The notes beneath the pieces were generated by a model. It ran no database searches. It had not been told where the DNA came from and saw only the letters and a list, made by a program, of their open reading frames with translations. DNA of 64,000 nt, from assembly GCF_006345805.1 (NCBI RefSeq), contig NC_043004.1, forward strand, positions 97,898,001 to 97,962,000, in the 5' to 3' direction. Position 1 is the stretch's first letter; each line of letters opens with the position of its first letter. This DNA comes from Octopus sinensis. Its lineage: Eukaryota. This document shows positions 49,986 through 64,000 of the stretch, one piece after another. Made by a program: the position numbers and the translations under genes.

Positions 49986-50551
49986 GCCAATATTTGAACA
50001 TAGCTAATGAATTTTGTGGAGAACAATCTAAGCATCTAATTCATCAAAATCGGTGCTGGACTGGTTCTTTATTTTATCGATCTCACAAGTTTGACAAAAA
50101 AACCTGACCTTGCGGTTTGAGTGCAGACTATGAAGTGCTGAGACGTATAAAATAAAGCATTTGGCTCGACATATTTAATGATTATGCAAACCGAAGAATT
50201 ATAAAAATAAAAATATGATCTCAGCAAAATTGGATCCCAAAATATAAAGGTGTGATTAAGTACTACAAGGAATTTGATCCGCTGCTCAACAGATTCTGTA
50301 ATTTACGTAATAACAATTAACACACAATGGAAAAACTGTTGACTTTGTAGTTATATTTAAGCGTTCATATTTTATGGAAGCAACGGTGGATGGGGGTTGA
50401 AAGAAAATGAAAATTTAATAATGAATAATCGATAATGAAGCAAAAACCCGCACACAAGCATACAAACACTCGTATACATATTTGTGTGTGTGTGCGTGTG
50501 AGTGTCTGTGTCTGTATATATAGGCCATGTATATATGCGTATACGTATATT

Positions 50552-50582
<31 letters not shown>

Positions 50583-50748
50583 TATATATACACATATATA
50601 CATGTATATATATGTACATATATACATATATATTATATATATATATATTTATATATGTATAATTATGTATATGTGTATGTAGATATAGATATGTATATGT
50701 GCGTGTGTGTATATATGTATATATACATACATATATATATATACATAT

Positions 50749-50846
<98 letters not shown>

Positions 50847-51185
50847 GAAATTCTGCACTAATATGTAATAAGTTAATTAATAAGGCATTCTCTGCAAATT
50901 TGCTTAATTTTTCATCTTAAATCACTCAATTTCCTTTATGTAAATTAAAATCATTTTTAATTTGCAAGTCTAATTGAATTTTTAGCTACTGTGTTTAAAT
51001 GATACCTAATGTTGCTTTAATGTGTGTCCTGTGAACATAACTCCCATATACACATACACTCACATTCATTTACACACACTGACACACACGCATACATACA
51101 CACTCTTTCACTCGTTCATGTTTACTCACACATCATCATTACGCTCGAAAACATACATAAATTCGCATGAAACTCACACACACGT

Positions 51186-51225
<40 letters not shown>

Positions 51226-51469
51226 CCATACATATGCATACATAATATATACATAAATTATACTCAATACACATACACATGCATACGTAGATATAAACAC
51301 ATGTTTACTCATCCATACATACACACTCAGAAATGTATAAACCCAAAAACTGTTTTCCTCTATTCAGGATTTAACCAACCGACTACTCACCCCAACAATC
51401 ATACACAAGCACATACATTGCACATATATACGCATATTTACATACATATATGCATACATATATATATAT

Positions 51470-51532
51470 ACATACATACATACATACATACATACATACA
51501 TACATACATACATACATACATACATACATACA

Positions 51533-51566
<34 letters not shown>

Positions 51567-51815
51567 CATACATGCATAAATACATACGTACATACATACA
51601 TACATACATATATACATACATACATACATACACACATACATACATACACACATACATACACACATACATACATACATACATACATACATACATACATACA
51701 TACATACATACATACATACATAAATACATACATACATACATACATATATACATACATACATACATACATACATACATACATACATACATACATACATACA
51801 TACATACATACACAT
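51470..51815. repeat. (ATAC)n microsatellite
   Basis: Direct reading. Confidence 0.95.
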
Positions 51816-51911
51816 CTACGTACATACATGTGAATACTTGCCTCACTACAAAGATACGTCTACAGAATTATACATATTCCATGTACATATACGCAAAAAT
51901 ATATGCATATC

Positions 51912-52076
51912 CAGGGTGTTCTGGATAAATTTGACAGTTTGCATTCAAGGAAAAGAAAACACAATATTCCATCCAAAATTAAATGCATTTTAAAGAATAG
52001 AATTTATCAACATGATTATGGCTGGGAGATAAAAGTTTACTCAAAGTAGCTGTCCTCAGCTTTCATCACAGCCTTG
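51912..52076 (-). mobile_element. Tc1/mariner 3' end remnant
   Basis: CAGGGTG terminus at 51912; minus strand encodes KAVMKAEDSYFE* (stop at 52037-52039), like Tc1/mariner C-termini. Confidence 0.6.
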
Positions 52077-52104
52077 TGTTCCAATGCATATATATATATA
52101 TATA

Positions 52105-52511
52105 TACTCTTTTACTCTTTTACTTGTTTCAGTCATTTGACTGCGACCATGCTGGAGCACCGCCTTTAATCGAGCAACTCGACCCAGGGACTTATTCTTT
52201 TGTAAGCCCAGTACTTATTCTATCGGTCTTTTTTGCCGAACCGCTAAGTGACGGGGGACGTAAACACACCAGCATCGGTTGTCAAGCAATGCTAGGGGGA
52301 CAAACACAGACACACAAACACACACACGCATATATATATATACATATATACGACAGGCTTCTTTCAGTTTCTGTCTGCCAAATCCACTCACAAGGCTTTG
52401 GTCGGCCCGAGGCTATAGTAAAAGACACTTGCCCAAGGTGCCACGCAGTGGGACTGAACCCGGAACCATGTGGTTGGTAAACAAACTACTTACCACACAG
52501 ACACTCCTGCG
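52105..52511 (-). mobile_element. SINE family A, full length
   Basis: Matches the other copies. Confidence 0.9.
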
Positions 52512-52715
52512 AGATGAGGAATTATGTACATTATTTACATTCGACGGATATTTGTCCTCATCTTGTTTGTTGTTAACATACCGTTTCGGCTGATATACGC
52601 CTCAGCCTTCTTCAGGAAGGCAGGAGGGTATATCAGCCGAAACGTTGTGTTAACAACAAACAAGATGAGGACAAATATCCGTCGAATGTAAATAATGTAC
52701 ATAATTCCTCATCTC
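52511..52715. repeat. 205-bp fold-back palindrome containing hammerhead core motifs (Penelope-type terminus)
   Basis: 88-bp arms 52511-52598 and 52628-52715 with 2 mismatches; minus strand CTGAAGA-A-GGCTGA-N8-TCAGCC-GAAAC. Confidence 0.9.
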
Positions 52716-54971
52716 TTAAATATAGAACTGAATGTATGGTTTCGTTAGTATAGAAACTTGTTACTCTTGTGCTTTGATGTCCACAAAAGTACTTAAGTAG
52801 GGGTTGTATCTTTATGTTCCTATCTATATGTGTTTCCCTACATATGTACTGGCACAGGCTTGGAAATTTTTTAATTAAGTGAGAATTTTAAAATTTGGCC
52901 TATTGATATAATTTTTCTCGCTGCATACGAATTTGGGGTTCATTTATTCCAGAAGACGGGAAAAAAACTTACAGAGGTTCAAAGTCTGATAATTTTTATT
53001 CGATCAATAAACAAGAATAGATATTGAAATCGGAAATTGGCATGCATTAAATGATAGCTTTTTGTCACAAAATAATTTCCGCCAAAAACTTGTGATGATG
53101 GTTACGACAGTGAATGCGTCACGGTCGTAAATGTACAACATTCGTCTTAAATTGAAATTGGGGCAGACTCTGGTTTTGCTTATTACTATGGAAACAGACA
53201 AGAGAGTATGATTTATGGCTAAAATTACTTAATACTTCAAAACTTTAAAAGCTATTAAATTTTTCATTTATTAATTTATGGTAAAAATTAATTGCATTTC
53301 CATATATAATTTGCAATGGTGCTCCGGCATGACCACAGCTAAATGACTGAAACGAATAAAAGAGTAAAGGAATACAAAATGTCTTGCAAACAACTTGCAC
53401 ATGCAAGTGCTACCAGTTAAAAGCTCCGTATACCGGAAGCTAGCAAGTGTATGGGGTCATCAGGAGAGAATGCGCGCCATTTCGGGGCCTACCTCTCGAC
53501 GGCATCAATGCGCACCCTCACTGATAGATCAGCTGGTTATGAAGAACTCGATATACTTCTAGCCATCGCTCATCGTCTCTTTTTAACCAAATCCAGTGGC
53601 TAGCCTTCTCCACTGTAGATTGGATATCAGTCATGGTGGTATTGACTTTACGATGAGTTAAGCCTATCGATAACAACAGCCGTCTCACGCTGTGTCCAAC
53701 AAACCCTCTACAACCGACTTCGATAGGAAAATGTTCCGCTCTAAATCGTGTTATAAAATTTTAAAATAACTGGAAAAAATATGTGACAGCAACCGTAAAG
53801 ATCCGTATGTGTGTGTGTGTGAGTGTGTGTATGTGTTTGGGTGTATGTATGTATGTATGTATGTATACATATACACGCACACATACACATATACAAACAC
53901 ACACACATATACATATATATGTGTGTGTTTTTGTTTGCGTGTATATATACATACACACACGCATGCACACGCGCGCGCACACACAAACACATACAAGCAA
54001 TGACTGAATTTGCAAGATGTACTATGTAACCAGCGAATATAGCATTCTGATAAAAAAAATTATTTGTCTTCAGTGAACAAGTAACCAACAATTTGTTCGC
54101 CGCGCTGCTACTAATAGCAACATTTGGATTCTTGATCGAGCGTTAGATGAGTTCTTGGCCATAATGTAAAGGAGAAAACAAGGGGGCAGAGGGTCAACAT
54201 TGACTTCTTATCCCCTAGATTACATTTATTAACAAATGTGGATGCAGTGGGTCATGGATCCCTAGATAACACGGATGCCATGCACTGGGAATGAAGTCCT
54301 CATATACGAGGCAGAATAGAACACTTGTCTAACACACAGGTGCTAGAAAAGTATTCCTTAAAATGAATTCATTGTCTGGCTGATGATTATGGATAGACAC
54401 CAAGGGAAGTCACAAAGCCTTACAACAGCATATTCGATGAAATGCTATACGCTCATGAGTAAGTTATGAATGGCTATGTTGTCAAATGATAAAAGAAACA
54501 TAGTCAATTAATGTAATCTGTATTGGATAAGCAACCAATATATTCACCCTCACTTTGTAGGATAGGTATTTGCAATCCAGGAATAGAGAATAACGAAATA
54601 TCCGATGCAGAAAGAGGATTGGGTTGCAAATAAAACACATACATATGACAGCAAGTGCAGACGATGGAATTAATACTGAATATACCACTCGTATATTGAG
54701 CAGCTCTCAGAAAATGTCATCGTGATATTATCGACCTATGAGGAATGGAGCCATGATCTAAACATGGATTGCAATCTTGAAAAAAGGATAGTCCTAGAGA
54801 TAGAAATATAAATTATTACAGTGATGTTTAGGGTATACATACTCATAATATGAAAAAATTTAAATGGCTGGTTCCTATCGGACCTCAGCAAAAGTAGAGA
54901 TGTAATAAACGTCTCAAGGAAGACAAAAGGTGTGCCCAGTAATAAAAAAAGTATGCCTGCTGTTGTGAACG

Positions 54972-55145
54972 TACTCTTTTACTTATTTCAGTCATTTGAC
55001 TGTGGCCATGCTGGAGCACCGCCTTTAGTCGAGCAAATCGACCCCAGGACGTATTCTTTGTTTATGTCCCCGCTAATTTGCGGGTACATAAACAAACCAG
55101 CATCGGTTGTTAAGCGATGTTGGGAGGGCAAACACAAACACACAA

Positions 55146-55202
<57 letters not shown>

Positions 55203-55366
55203 CGACGGGCTTCTTTCAGTTTCCGTCTACCAAATCCACTCACAAGGCTACGGTCGGCCCGAGGCTATAGTAAAAGACACTTGCCCAAGGTGCCACGCAA
55301 TGGGACTGAACCCGGAACCATGTGGTTGGTAAGCAAGCTACTTACCACACAGCCATTCCTGCGCCT
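54972..55366 (-). mobile_element. SINE family A
   Basis: Matches the other copies, with a small internal deletion. Confidence 0.9.
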
Positions 55367-56149
55367 ACAAATAAATAATAATTAAAGATACTGTAAATAA
55401 TAATTAAAAAACCTATGGATTAAAGAAAAATCTACATATACTCCAACTGGACTCTAGCTTTAGATTCATATTTATAATTATTTGAGAACTTGGATATGTA
55501 ACGAACGACCTCGACACTTACCTTGAGAAGTTGTATATTAGAAAACCAGAAAGGACTGGATATAACAAATCATTAATAGAATTGTGGTATATGTAAAACA
55601 TTCTACAAGTTTAGCAAAGAAAATCATATGTATATATGTAGATATTCCACTACATGTTGATATGCTACTCATATCTAAATAAAATAAACGTCGATATACA
55701 CATGCAGATATACAAACGTGCATATGTATTACTCATATATAAGACAAAGGATACAAATCCACGAGCGATGACATCTATGTTTGCACACATACATACATAT
55801 TTGTATATACATACATTCATTTATTCATGGAAACATTCATACATGCAAACATACTTATCAGCATGTCTGTTATATTTGTGTGGAGCAGAAAAAAATTATG
55901 TACTGTCGTAGAGGTCAGCAGTTTTGCAGACGTGAATATGCCTTTCAAAATCTGTGAGAAAGAGAATATTCATGAACGACTGCATCACCAAACTTGCAGC
56001 TTCTCTATTCGGATTATAAAATCGCATTTATAGCTATAATTATTGGTATGTTCTGTTATGTAAGCAAATGTCTAGTTGGCAATCTCAATGAGTGATTTTT
56101 TTTACAGGTTTTTGAATCACTTCTTTGGTTTTTCCAGCAAGTTGTAGAT

Positions 56150-57285
56150 TATGATGCAAGTGGATGTAAAAGATCTTGCAGAGGTCATACGAAATAGAAA
56201 TGTGCACTACATGTCTGACTCATCTAAGGTGAAACATGTATAGGGTGCATTCAATATTGTTAGCATAGACTTCACAAACGAGATAATGCTATCTCGCCAG
56301 GTGAGTGGAAGGACCTTCAGAACAAAGGATATAGTTCATGTACACAGGAGAATAGAGACACAAACGGCCCAGAAGACGAAAAGCTTTAACATTAAGGGAG
56401 AGATTGATGTATAGAAAGCATATTTCCGCACTTTTCAAATGCTACAAGTGTTCTGTAGGAAATAGTTCGTATTTCTTTTTACAGTGCCCTGTTGTTGGAA
56501 ATGATACCGCCTATGTATCTCAAATTAAAAGATTATGCCCCATTGGTGCAGCTATACTGAGAAAGTACGATAGAGAGAGGGCAATACAGTGTCACATTGA
56601 AATAGGGATTCAGTGTTTTTGACGCTATCAAGTATTAATTCGGTTTTGATAAACTGTGGTACCTTCTGAGATGATAGTTTGTACGTATACCGCAATACCG
56701 CAGTCTGAGCTACCAGAGCACAGTTACCAACCTACTGTAGTTTAATGATTAAGTAAGGTTCGAAGTTGATTGACTACGGCTTTTATATGTGAAAAGTTTA
56801 TGATTCCTGACTCCCTTTATATGATCCTGCTTAAGGTGTGGACACACATGAGAAAGATATAAAACACTGCTGGAACTAGTATGAATAGCTTAACTCATTT
56901 CTTTACTCTAAAGGGCTTAGATTTCTTTCCCAAATAACAATTCTAACTAACATCTCAGTGTAAAAAAAAGAGTGGACATTCACGACTTTAGACAGGCAAA
57001 CAAGCATTCTTAGAAAATCCCACAGAATTGTAATATTTACAGAGTCAAAAGACTTTGAACATCCACAAATGAGATGAATAGTTTCTCTGCATTTCTTTTG
57101 AATTTCATTTGTGATGAAAATCATGTTGATTGTGACTCTGAGCTGAGAATTTCTGACATTCAATGGACCAGGTTTTAAAGCAAGATCTATTTTAGAATTC
57201 TCTAAGCAATGGACGACAGGATTATGCCTTTATTTTGAGGCAAAGAAATTTGTGACACTTATTTTTATAGAGTACCGTTGTCAGA
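56150..57285 (-). mobile_element. Decayed RTE-clade LINE (RT and C-terminal region)
   Basis: GIILSSIA, TINMIFITNEIQKKCRE...SKSFDSVN..LW, NCALVAQ and LTWRD pieces occur in RTE order with many stops and frameshifts. Confidence 0.6.
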
Positions 57286-57805
57286 ATCCTTTAAATGTTA
57301 AGGCATACACACTTGGATCCATCGGCCAATGATGTTGCACTGCAATATGAGACATGCATGACAAACAGACAAATATTCACACACAAAGATATGTATGCAA
57401 ACGCATGAAGAACCACTGAGAGAACCGCAACATGATAGAAAGGTATCAAAATGTCTATTAAATAACATCCTACAACCATAAAATGTTGGACACATAGAAT
57501 GCTAGATGTGTGTCTTCGGTTATATTTGATCATTGATCTGCTTGATCTGAGCTAACCTGGGGCTAAACAAAAAACAACATCAACAACAGTACCAGTACCT
57601 CCAACACCAATAGCATTTCTAGCAACAATACTTATACATAAACAAACGAATAGGCATACACACGAACGTTTCAGAGTCTATAAATAGCAGTCAGAACTCC
57701 CTTAGATAGAATCCTAAAATCGAACTTACAACTTCACGTACGAACCACAATTTCCCAAGACATTGATAATATACAAAAAAACAAACACACACCCAATTCG
57801 GCATA

Positions 57806-58228
57806 TACTCTTTTTACTCTTTTACTTGTTTCAGACATTTGAATGTGGCCATGCTGGAGCACCGCCTTTAGTCGAGCAAATCGACCCCAGGACTTATTCT
57901 TTGTAAGCCTAGTATTTATTCTATCGGTGGATTTTGCCGAACCGCTAAGTCACGGGTACATAAATACACCAGCATAGGTTGTCAAGTGATGTTGGTGGGG
58001 ACAAACAGAGGCACAGAAACATATACACACACATATATATGTATATATATATATACATATATACGACGGGCTTCTTTCAGTTTCCGGCTACCAAATCCAC
58101 TCATAAGGCTTTGGTCGGCCCTAGGCTATAGTAGAAGACACCTTGCCCAAGGTGTCATGCAGTGGGGCTGAACCCGGAGCCATGTGGTTCGTAAGCAAGC
58201 TACTTACCACACAGCCACTCCTACGCCT
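57806..58228 (-). mobile_element. SINE family A, diverged
   Basis: Same organisation as the other copies. Confidence 0.85.
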
Positions 58229-58854
58229 ATATACGTCAATATACTGACACACCAACTTGTAACGTTTGGACATACACATTCAAATAGCACAATAATCCAT
58301 AACACTAACATACACACAAATACACATCCACACACACACACACACGAACACACACATACACAGAGAATTTCTTTCTCTTTGATATTAACACATAATTTTA
58401 ACCAACTCAGCATTTTACACATACACACACACACACGCACACAAATACTGACACATAGACACCTAACACACACACACACATACACACACCAGAATCCATT
58501 ACAGAATTACCTGCTGTTCTCTCTCCTCCTCCTCCTCCTCGCACCCCCCCTTGTCATCCTCCACCCACGCACCTGTCTCTTCCACACCCTCTGTATATAT
58601 CAGAGTAAAACGGACAGACATCTCTCTTGATCAAATTAACTCTTTCATGTTTAATAAACTTGCAAATTAAGTCATTTACTTCGTTGTCATTTACACACGC
58701 ACATACACAACCACACAAACACACACACGTGCGCATATACACACACACACGCACACACACACATATATACGTATGACCATGCATTCCTTTCATCCATTTG
58801 TCTTTTCCAAGCTGTATTTCTTCTACCACTTACTCTCTCTCTTTCTCTCTGAAA

Positions 58855-59325
58855 ACACACACACACACACACTGGCACACACACACACATACATTGGCAC
58901 ACACACACACACACACATTGGCACACACACACACACACACATACTGGCACACACATACACACACTGGCACACGCACACAGACTGGCACACACACGCACAC
59001 ACACTGGCACACACACACACACTGGCACACACATACACACACACATACTGGCACACACATACACACACTGGCACACGCACACAGACTGGCACACACACGC
59101 ACACACACTGGCACACACACACATACACACTGACATACATACACACACTGGCACACACACACTGGCACACAAACACACACACTGGCACACACACACACTG
59201 TCACACACACACACACACACACTGGCGCACACACACACTGGCACATACACACACTGGCACACACACACACACTGGCACACACGCACACACACACACACTC
59301 ACGCACACACACATACATACACACA
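58855..59325. repeat. ACTGGC(AC)n minisatellite derived from (CA)n
   Basis: The CTGG interruption recurs every 14-24 bp in a (CA)n background. Confidence 0.9.
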
Positions 59326-59716
59326 AATATAGCGTTGTTTCTATAGTTTCTCTTTAGACACTTCACCTCCATTATCGCGACCTTTCTTTCTTCCTTCAAT
59401 TCTTCCTTTATTTTTCTTCACTTACTCGGAGCAAAGGTGTACAAAAGTTTACAATGTCTCTCGTGCATTGGTGATCACTGTTTTTATTTTGGTCCAGGTT
59501 AAAAGTGCACCCAGTATCTTCACTGAAGTTTCACAAGATGATATGGTAACCACCCAAAAATCTAATGTATCTGTTGATAGAGGTCTCCAACCGATACAGG
59601 GGATCAGTAGCACTGAATAAGAGTTGACTCAACTTTAAGGACTAACCGTACCCATGCCAGCATGGAAATACCGACGTATAAACAATCATATAGTAAATTA
59701 CGTATACCAGGATTAA

Positions 59717-60348
59717 AGGCGGCGAGCTGGTTAGCACTCCGGACGAAATGCTTAGCGGTATATCGTCTGCCGCTACGTTCTGAGTTCAAATTCAGCCGAG
59801 GTCGACTTTGCCTTTCATCCATTCGGGGTCGATTAAATAAGTACCAGTTACGCACTGGGGTCGATATAATCGACTTAATCCGTTTGTCTGCCCTTGTTTG
59901 TTCTCTCTGTGTTTAGCTCCTTGAGGGTAGTAAAGAAATAGGCATTTCGTCTGCCACTACGTTCTGAGTTCAAATTCCGCCGAGGTCGACTTTGCCCTTC
60001 ATCCTTTCGCGGTCGATAAATTAAGCACCAGTTACGCATTGGGGTCGATATAATCGACTTATTCCTTTTGTCTGTTCTTGTTTGTCCCCTCTATGTTTAG
60101 CCCCTTGTGGGCAATAAAGAAATAAGAATTAAAGGCAGTGAGCTGGCAGAAACGTTAGCACGCCGGGCGAAATGCTTAGCGTGTTACGTCTGTCTTTACG
60201 TTCTGAGTTCAAATTCTGCCCAGGTCGACTTTGCCCTTTATCCTTTCGGAGTCGATAGATTTAGTACCTGTTGCGTACTGGGGTCGATCTAATCGACTGG
60301 CACCCGTCCCGAAAATTTCGGGCCTTGTGCCTAGAGTAGAAAAGAATT
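59717..60348 (+). mobile_element. Head-to-tail array of three SINE-B units
   Basis: Units at 59717-59940, 59941-60123 (head-truncated) and about 60130-60348 (variant tail). Confidence 0.85.
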
Positions 60349-60766
60349 ACGTATCCCAGAATGAGGAAAAGCGACATCTACTGCAGAAAAATAGCTGGCA
60401 TCGGAAGCTAAAGTGAGCTAATTCATATTCAGATAGGCATGTTGCCCAGTAGATCACAGTTATTGCTATTTATGTCTAATAATCAAAGAATTAGCGAAAC
60501 AATTCTTCTTAACCATTTCAGACTTCAACTGGAGTGGAATTATAACCTGTCTGTTGGTTGGCATTTATTACATGTAGGAGAATTTTCGTAAATATATTTC
60601 GTATATTCCATGTGGTAAGGTTATATATATATAAGGTTATATGCGTGTGTGTATGTGTGTATGTGTGTGTCTATATATACATATACACATATATGTACAT
60701 ATACAAATTTATATATGCATATATACATATACATGTAGATATATATGTGTCTGCTTATACATACAT

Positions 60767-60811
<45 letters not shown>

Positions 60812-61407
60812 CACGCATGCAGATGTAAATTCACACACTCACACATACATATATATATGCATATGTATGCATGTGTATGAGGGTGGAGTGATTGTATGTG
60901 TTTGGGAATATGTTGTTATTTGTATGTACATATGGGTGGAGTAAGAGGTTATATACATGTTTGTGAGAGTGCTTACATGTATTTATGTATGTGTATATGT
61001 TTATGTGTGTGTGTGTGTGTGTTCATAGGTGTAGAGTAAACAGAGGGTGTTGAGACTATCTTCAAGATATATTATTATTACATAAAGGATATCTCTCGAA
61101 GATGCTTTGATGGACTTTCATGCGATTGTGTGTTTGTCTGCGGTTACGTGTTGGTGTGAGGTTCTCTACGTTTGCAAATGCGTGCCTATGTCTGCATGCT
61201 TGTAACAATGGTTTCAGAAGTGTGTTTATATGTGTAAATGTGTTATATGGAAAGAGATATTATATGTGATTCAATAAGGTGGTTTTTCATTATCTCCCGA
61301 AAGAAAAAATATTTCGATGATTATGATGGCTTCTGTTGCGAGAGAGAAGCAAAGAAAGGGAATATAAAAACGACGTCAGAAAAGAGGAAAAATAAACACA
61401 AACATAG

Positions 61408-61495
<88 letters not shown>

Positions 61496-61859
61496 GAGAA
61501 CTCCTTTTGGATGACTGTAAGATTATCATATAAGCAGATATCAAAATATATAAGCTGAAAGACCAGGAGCTAGCTAACTAAATGGACAGGTAAATGTATA
61601 GACAGAATAGCGTATAATCACACGTGGATTGCATACATCTGCGTTTGTGTGTGCGTGTGCGTGTATTTGTGTGTGTGTATGTGTGTGTATACATGAACCC
61701 GTGTACGTACGTTTGTATGTGTACCTGTATATGCATGTCTGTAATTACGTGTAAATAATGTATGTGTTTGTGTGTTTCTGAGCATCCATCTATGTATGGT
61801 TATATATGTATGTGCCCCCACCTCACTCTCTACCTCTTTGTGTATATATATAAATGTAT

Positions 61860-62354
<495 letters not shown>

Positions 62355-62375
62355 TATATGCATAATCCTTTTTAC

Positions 62376-62558
62376 TTTCTACTATAAGCACAAGCGCTGA
62401 AATTTTGAAGGGGAGAGCTAGTCAATTACATCGATCCCAGTGCTCACACCGATTTCATCCTGAAATCGGTGTGATTTGAACTCAGAACGCAAAGACGGAC
62501 GAAATGCTGTCAAGCATTTTGTCCTGCGTGGTAACGATTCCGCCAGCTCACCGTCTTA
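62376..62558 (-). mobile_element. SINE-B variant with its body replaced by a 31-bp hairpin
   Basis: B head and variant tail are present; the central segment is deleted and replaced at 62444-62474. Confidence 0.75.
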
Positions 62559-62621
62559 TAATGTATAGTAAGATATGATATACAGATTACAAGCGTTAAG
62601 CAATAATTTATATGAACATAT

Positions 62622-63040
62622 GGACAGGAGTGGCTGTGTGGTAAGTAGCTTGCTAACCAACCACATGGTTCCGGGTTCAGTCCCACTGAGTGGCATCTTG
62701 GGCAAGTGTCTTCTGCTATAGCCCCGGACCGACCAATGCCTTGTGAGTGGATTTGGTAGACGGAAACTGAAAGAAGCCTGTCCTATATATGTATATATAT
62801 ATATAAGTGTGTGTGTATATGTTTGTGTGTCTGTGTTTGTCCCCCTAGCATTGCTTGACAACCGATGCTGGTGTGTTTACGTCCCCGTCACTTAGCGGTT
62901 CGGCAAAAGAGACCGATAGAATAAGTACTGGGCTTACAAAGAATAAGTCCCGGGGTCGAGTTGCTCGATTAAAGGCGGTGCTCCAGCATGGCCGCAGTCA
63001 AGTGACTGAAACAAGTAAAAGAGTAAAAGAGTAGAGAGTA
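62622..63040 (+). mobile_element. SINE family A, full length
   Basis: Matches the other copies. Confidence 0.9.
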
Positions 63041-63524
63041 TATGTGTAGGCAACGCTATTTGAACTAGGTTCACAAGACACAAATTATTTGCTGAGCGCC
63101 AACGGCTGTTATCTCACCTGTCGAATGTTCTAGAACATGCCAAGCGAACACGGTTAGCTGCCCCTCTACTAGCTTACAGGGCGTAACTGCTAAACGACAC
63201 AGAGGAGAGCTTTAGAAGCGGATCGCCTACTTAAGAGCGTATCCCGATTGCATTTTCTCTCGTTTTCTCTACGACACGACAAAGCCAACTTCGGAGAGAG
63301 AGGCACAATGAATTCGATATTCATTTCCTACCAGTAACTCGCTATGGTATTCTGCGCCTGGTATAAATATAAACTTGTTCATAGTTAAAATATGTTCTGG
63401 TGAGTTTGCAACTTTTTGTCTGCAACAAGAATTTTTGTTTCATGACAAAATGCAGTGGAAAGACTATCTTAAGTGTTCGAATATGTCTCAAACATATTTG
63501 AAACGGTAACATATTTATAACATA

Positions 63525-63920
63525 ACTAGCAGTATCGCCCGGCGTTGCTCGGGTTTGAAAGTGAAATAACTATATAAGCATTTTTAGAGAGTTATAGCCA
63601 AAAAATAACAAAAAATTCATTAAAAATGGAAAAAAAATGTTGGTAAATTTTTTTTAAATCGTTGACTCATCGTAGACATTTTAGAGAGTTACTTCCTTTA
63701 TATAATAGCGAAAAAAATGCATCAAAATGGAAAAAAATTATGGTAAATATTTTTAAAATCGTAGACTCATCGTAGACGTGCGCTAATACCCAGAAGGGCT
63801 CGGTATGAATCACGACTATAAGATATCCGGTTTTGGTTAAACTGCACCGCAAAATGTGGGAGTAGTTAGGAATCTAAATCGTAGGAGACAGACACACAAC
63901 TTCACTTTTATATATAAAGA
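63525..63920 (+). mobile_element. Helentron/HINE-like element, second copy with a different body
   Basis: First 31 bp identical to 61984 and about 75 bp similar; internal duplication of about 100 bp; ends TTTTATATATAAAGA. Confidence 0.6.
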
Positions 63921-64000
63921 TATAATATAACATAATTTGATATCGTCGTCTTCATTTATCGTACAACTACAGCACATTGATGACACTTCTACAAAAGTCT

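Noticed and set aside
53440-54480. Possible very old LINE fragments (53440-53740 and 54130-54480)
   Set aside because: Only faint resemblance to LINE C-terminal motifs; not supportable without a profile search.

Overview
AT-rich eukaryotic genomic DNA with very dense microsatellites and tRNA-derived SINEs. The repeat content looks like a coleoid cephalopod, probably Octopus (inference, not a database result). No host protein-coding gene can be called with confidence; only two weak minus-strand exon candidates near 26.8-27.8 kb were found. The window is dominated by mobile-element debris: four SINE families (labelled here A, B, C, D; about 15 copies of A and 20 of B), a Penelope-like element with RT and GIY-YIG domains, several Penelope-type terminal remnants with hammerhead-like motifs, LINE fragments of the R4-like, CR1-group, Tx1/L1-like and RTE clades, the 5' half of a piggyBac with MER85/PGBD3-type terminus, Tc1/mariner remnants and two Helentron/HINE-like elements. 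Most ORFs in the supplied track are artefacts of simple repeats or SINEs. The most interesting observations are: two SINE-LINE 3'-tail partnerships visible within the window (SINE-B with a Tx1-like LINE, SINE-A with a CR1-group LINE); a Tx1-like LINE embedded in (TATC)n; a piggyBac end with PGBD3/MER85 architecture and a splice acceptor in front of its ORF; an ungapped 107-bp-arm hairpin in non-repeat sequence; a six-fold ACGTCA-N12-CCAAT array in the Penelope 3' region; and an unusual number of local fold-back palindromes. Coordinates were read by hand, and element ends may be off by a few bases.
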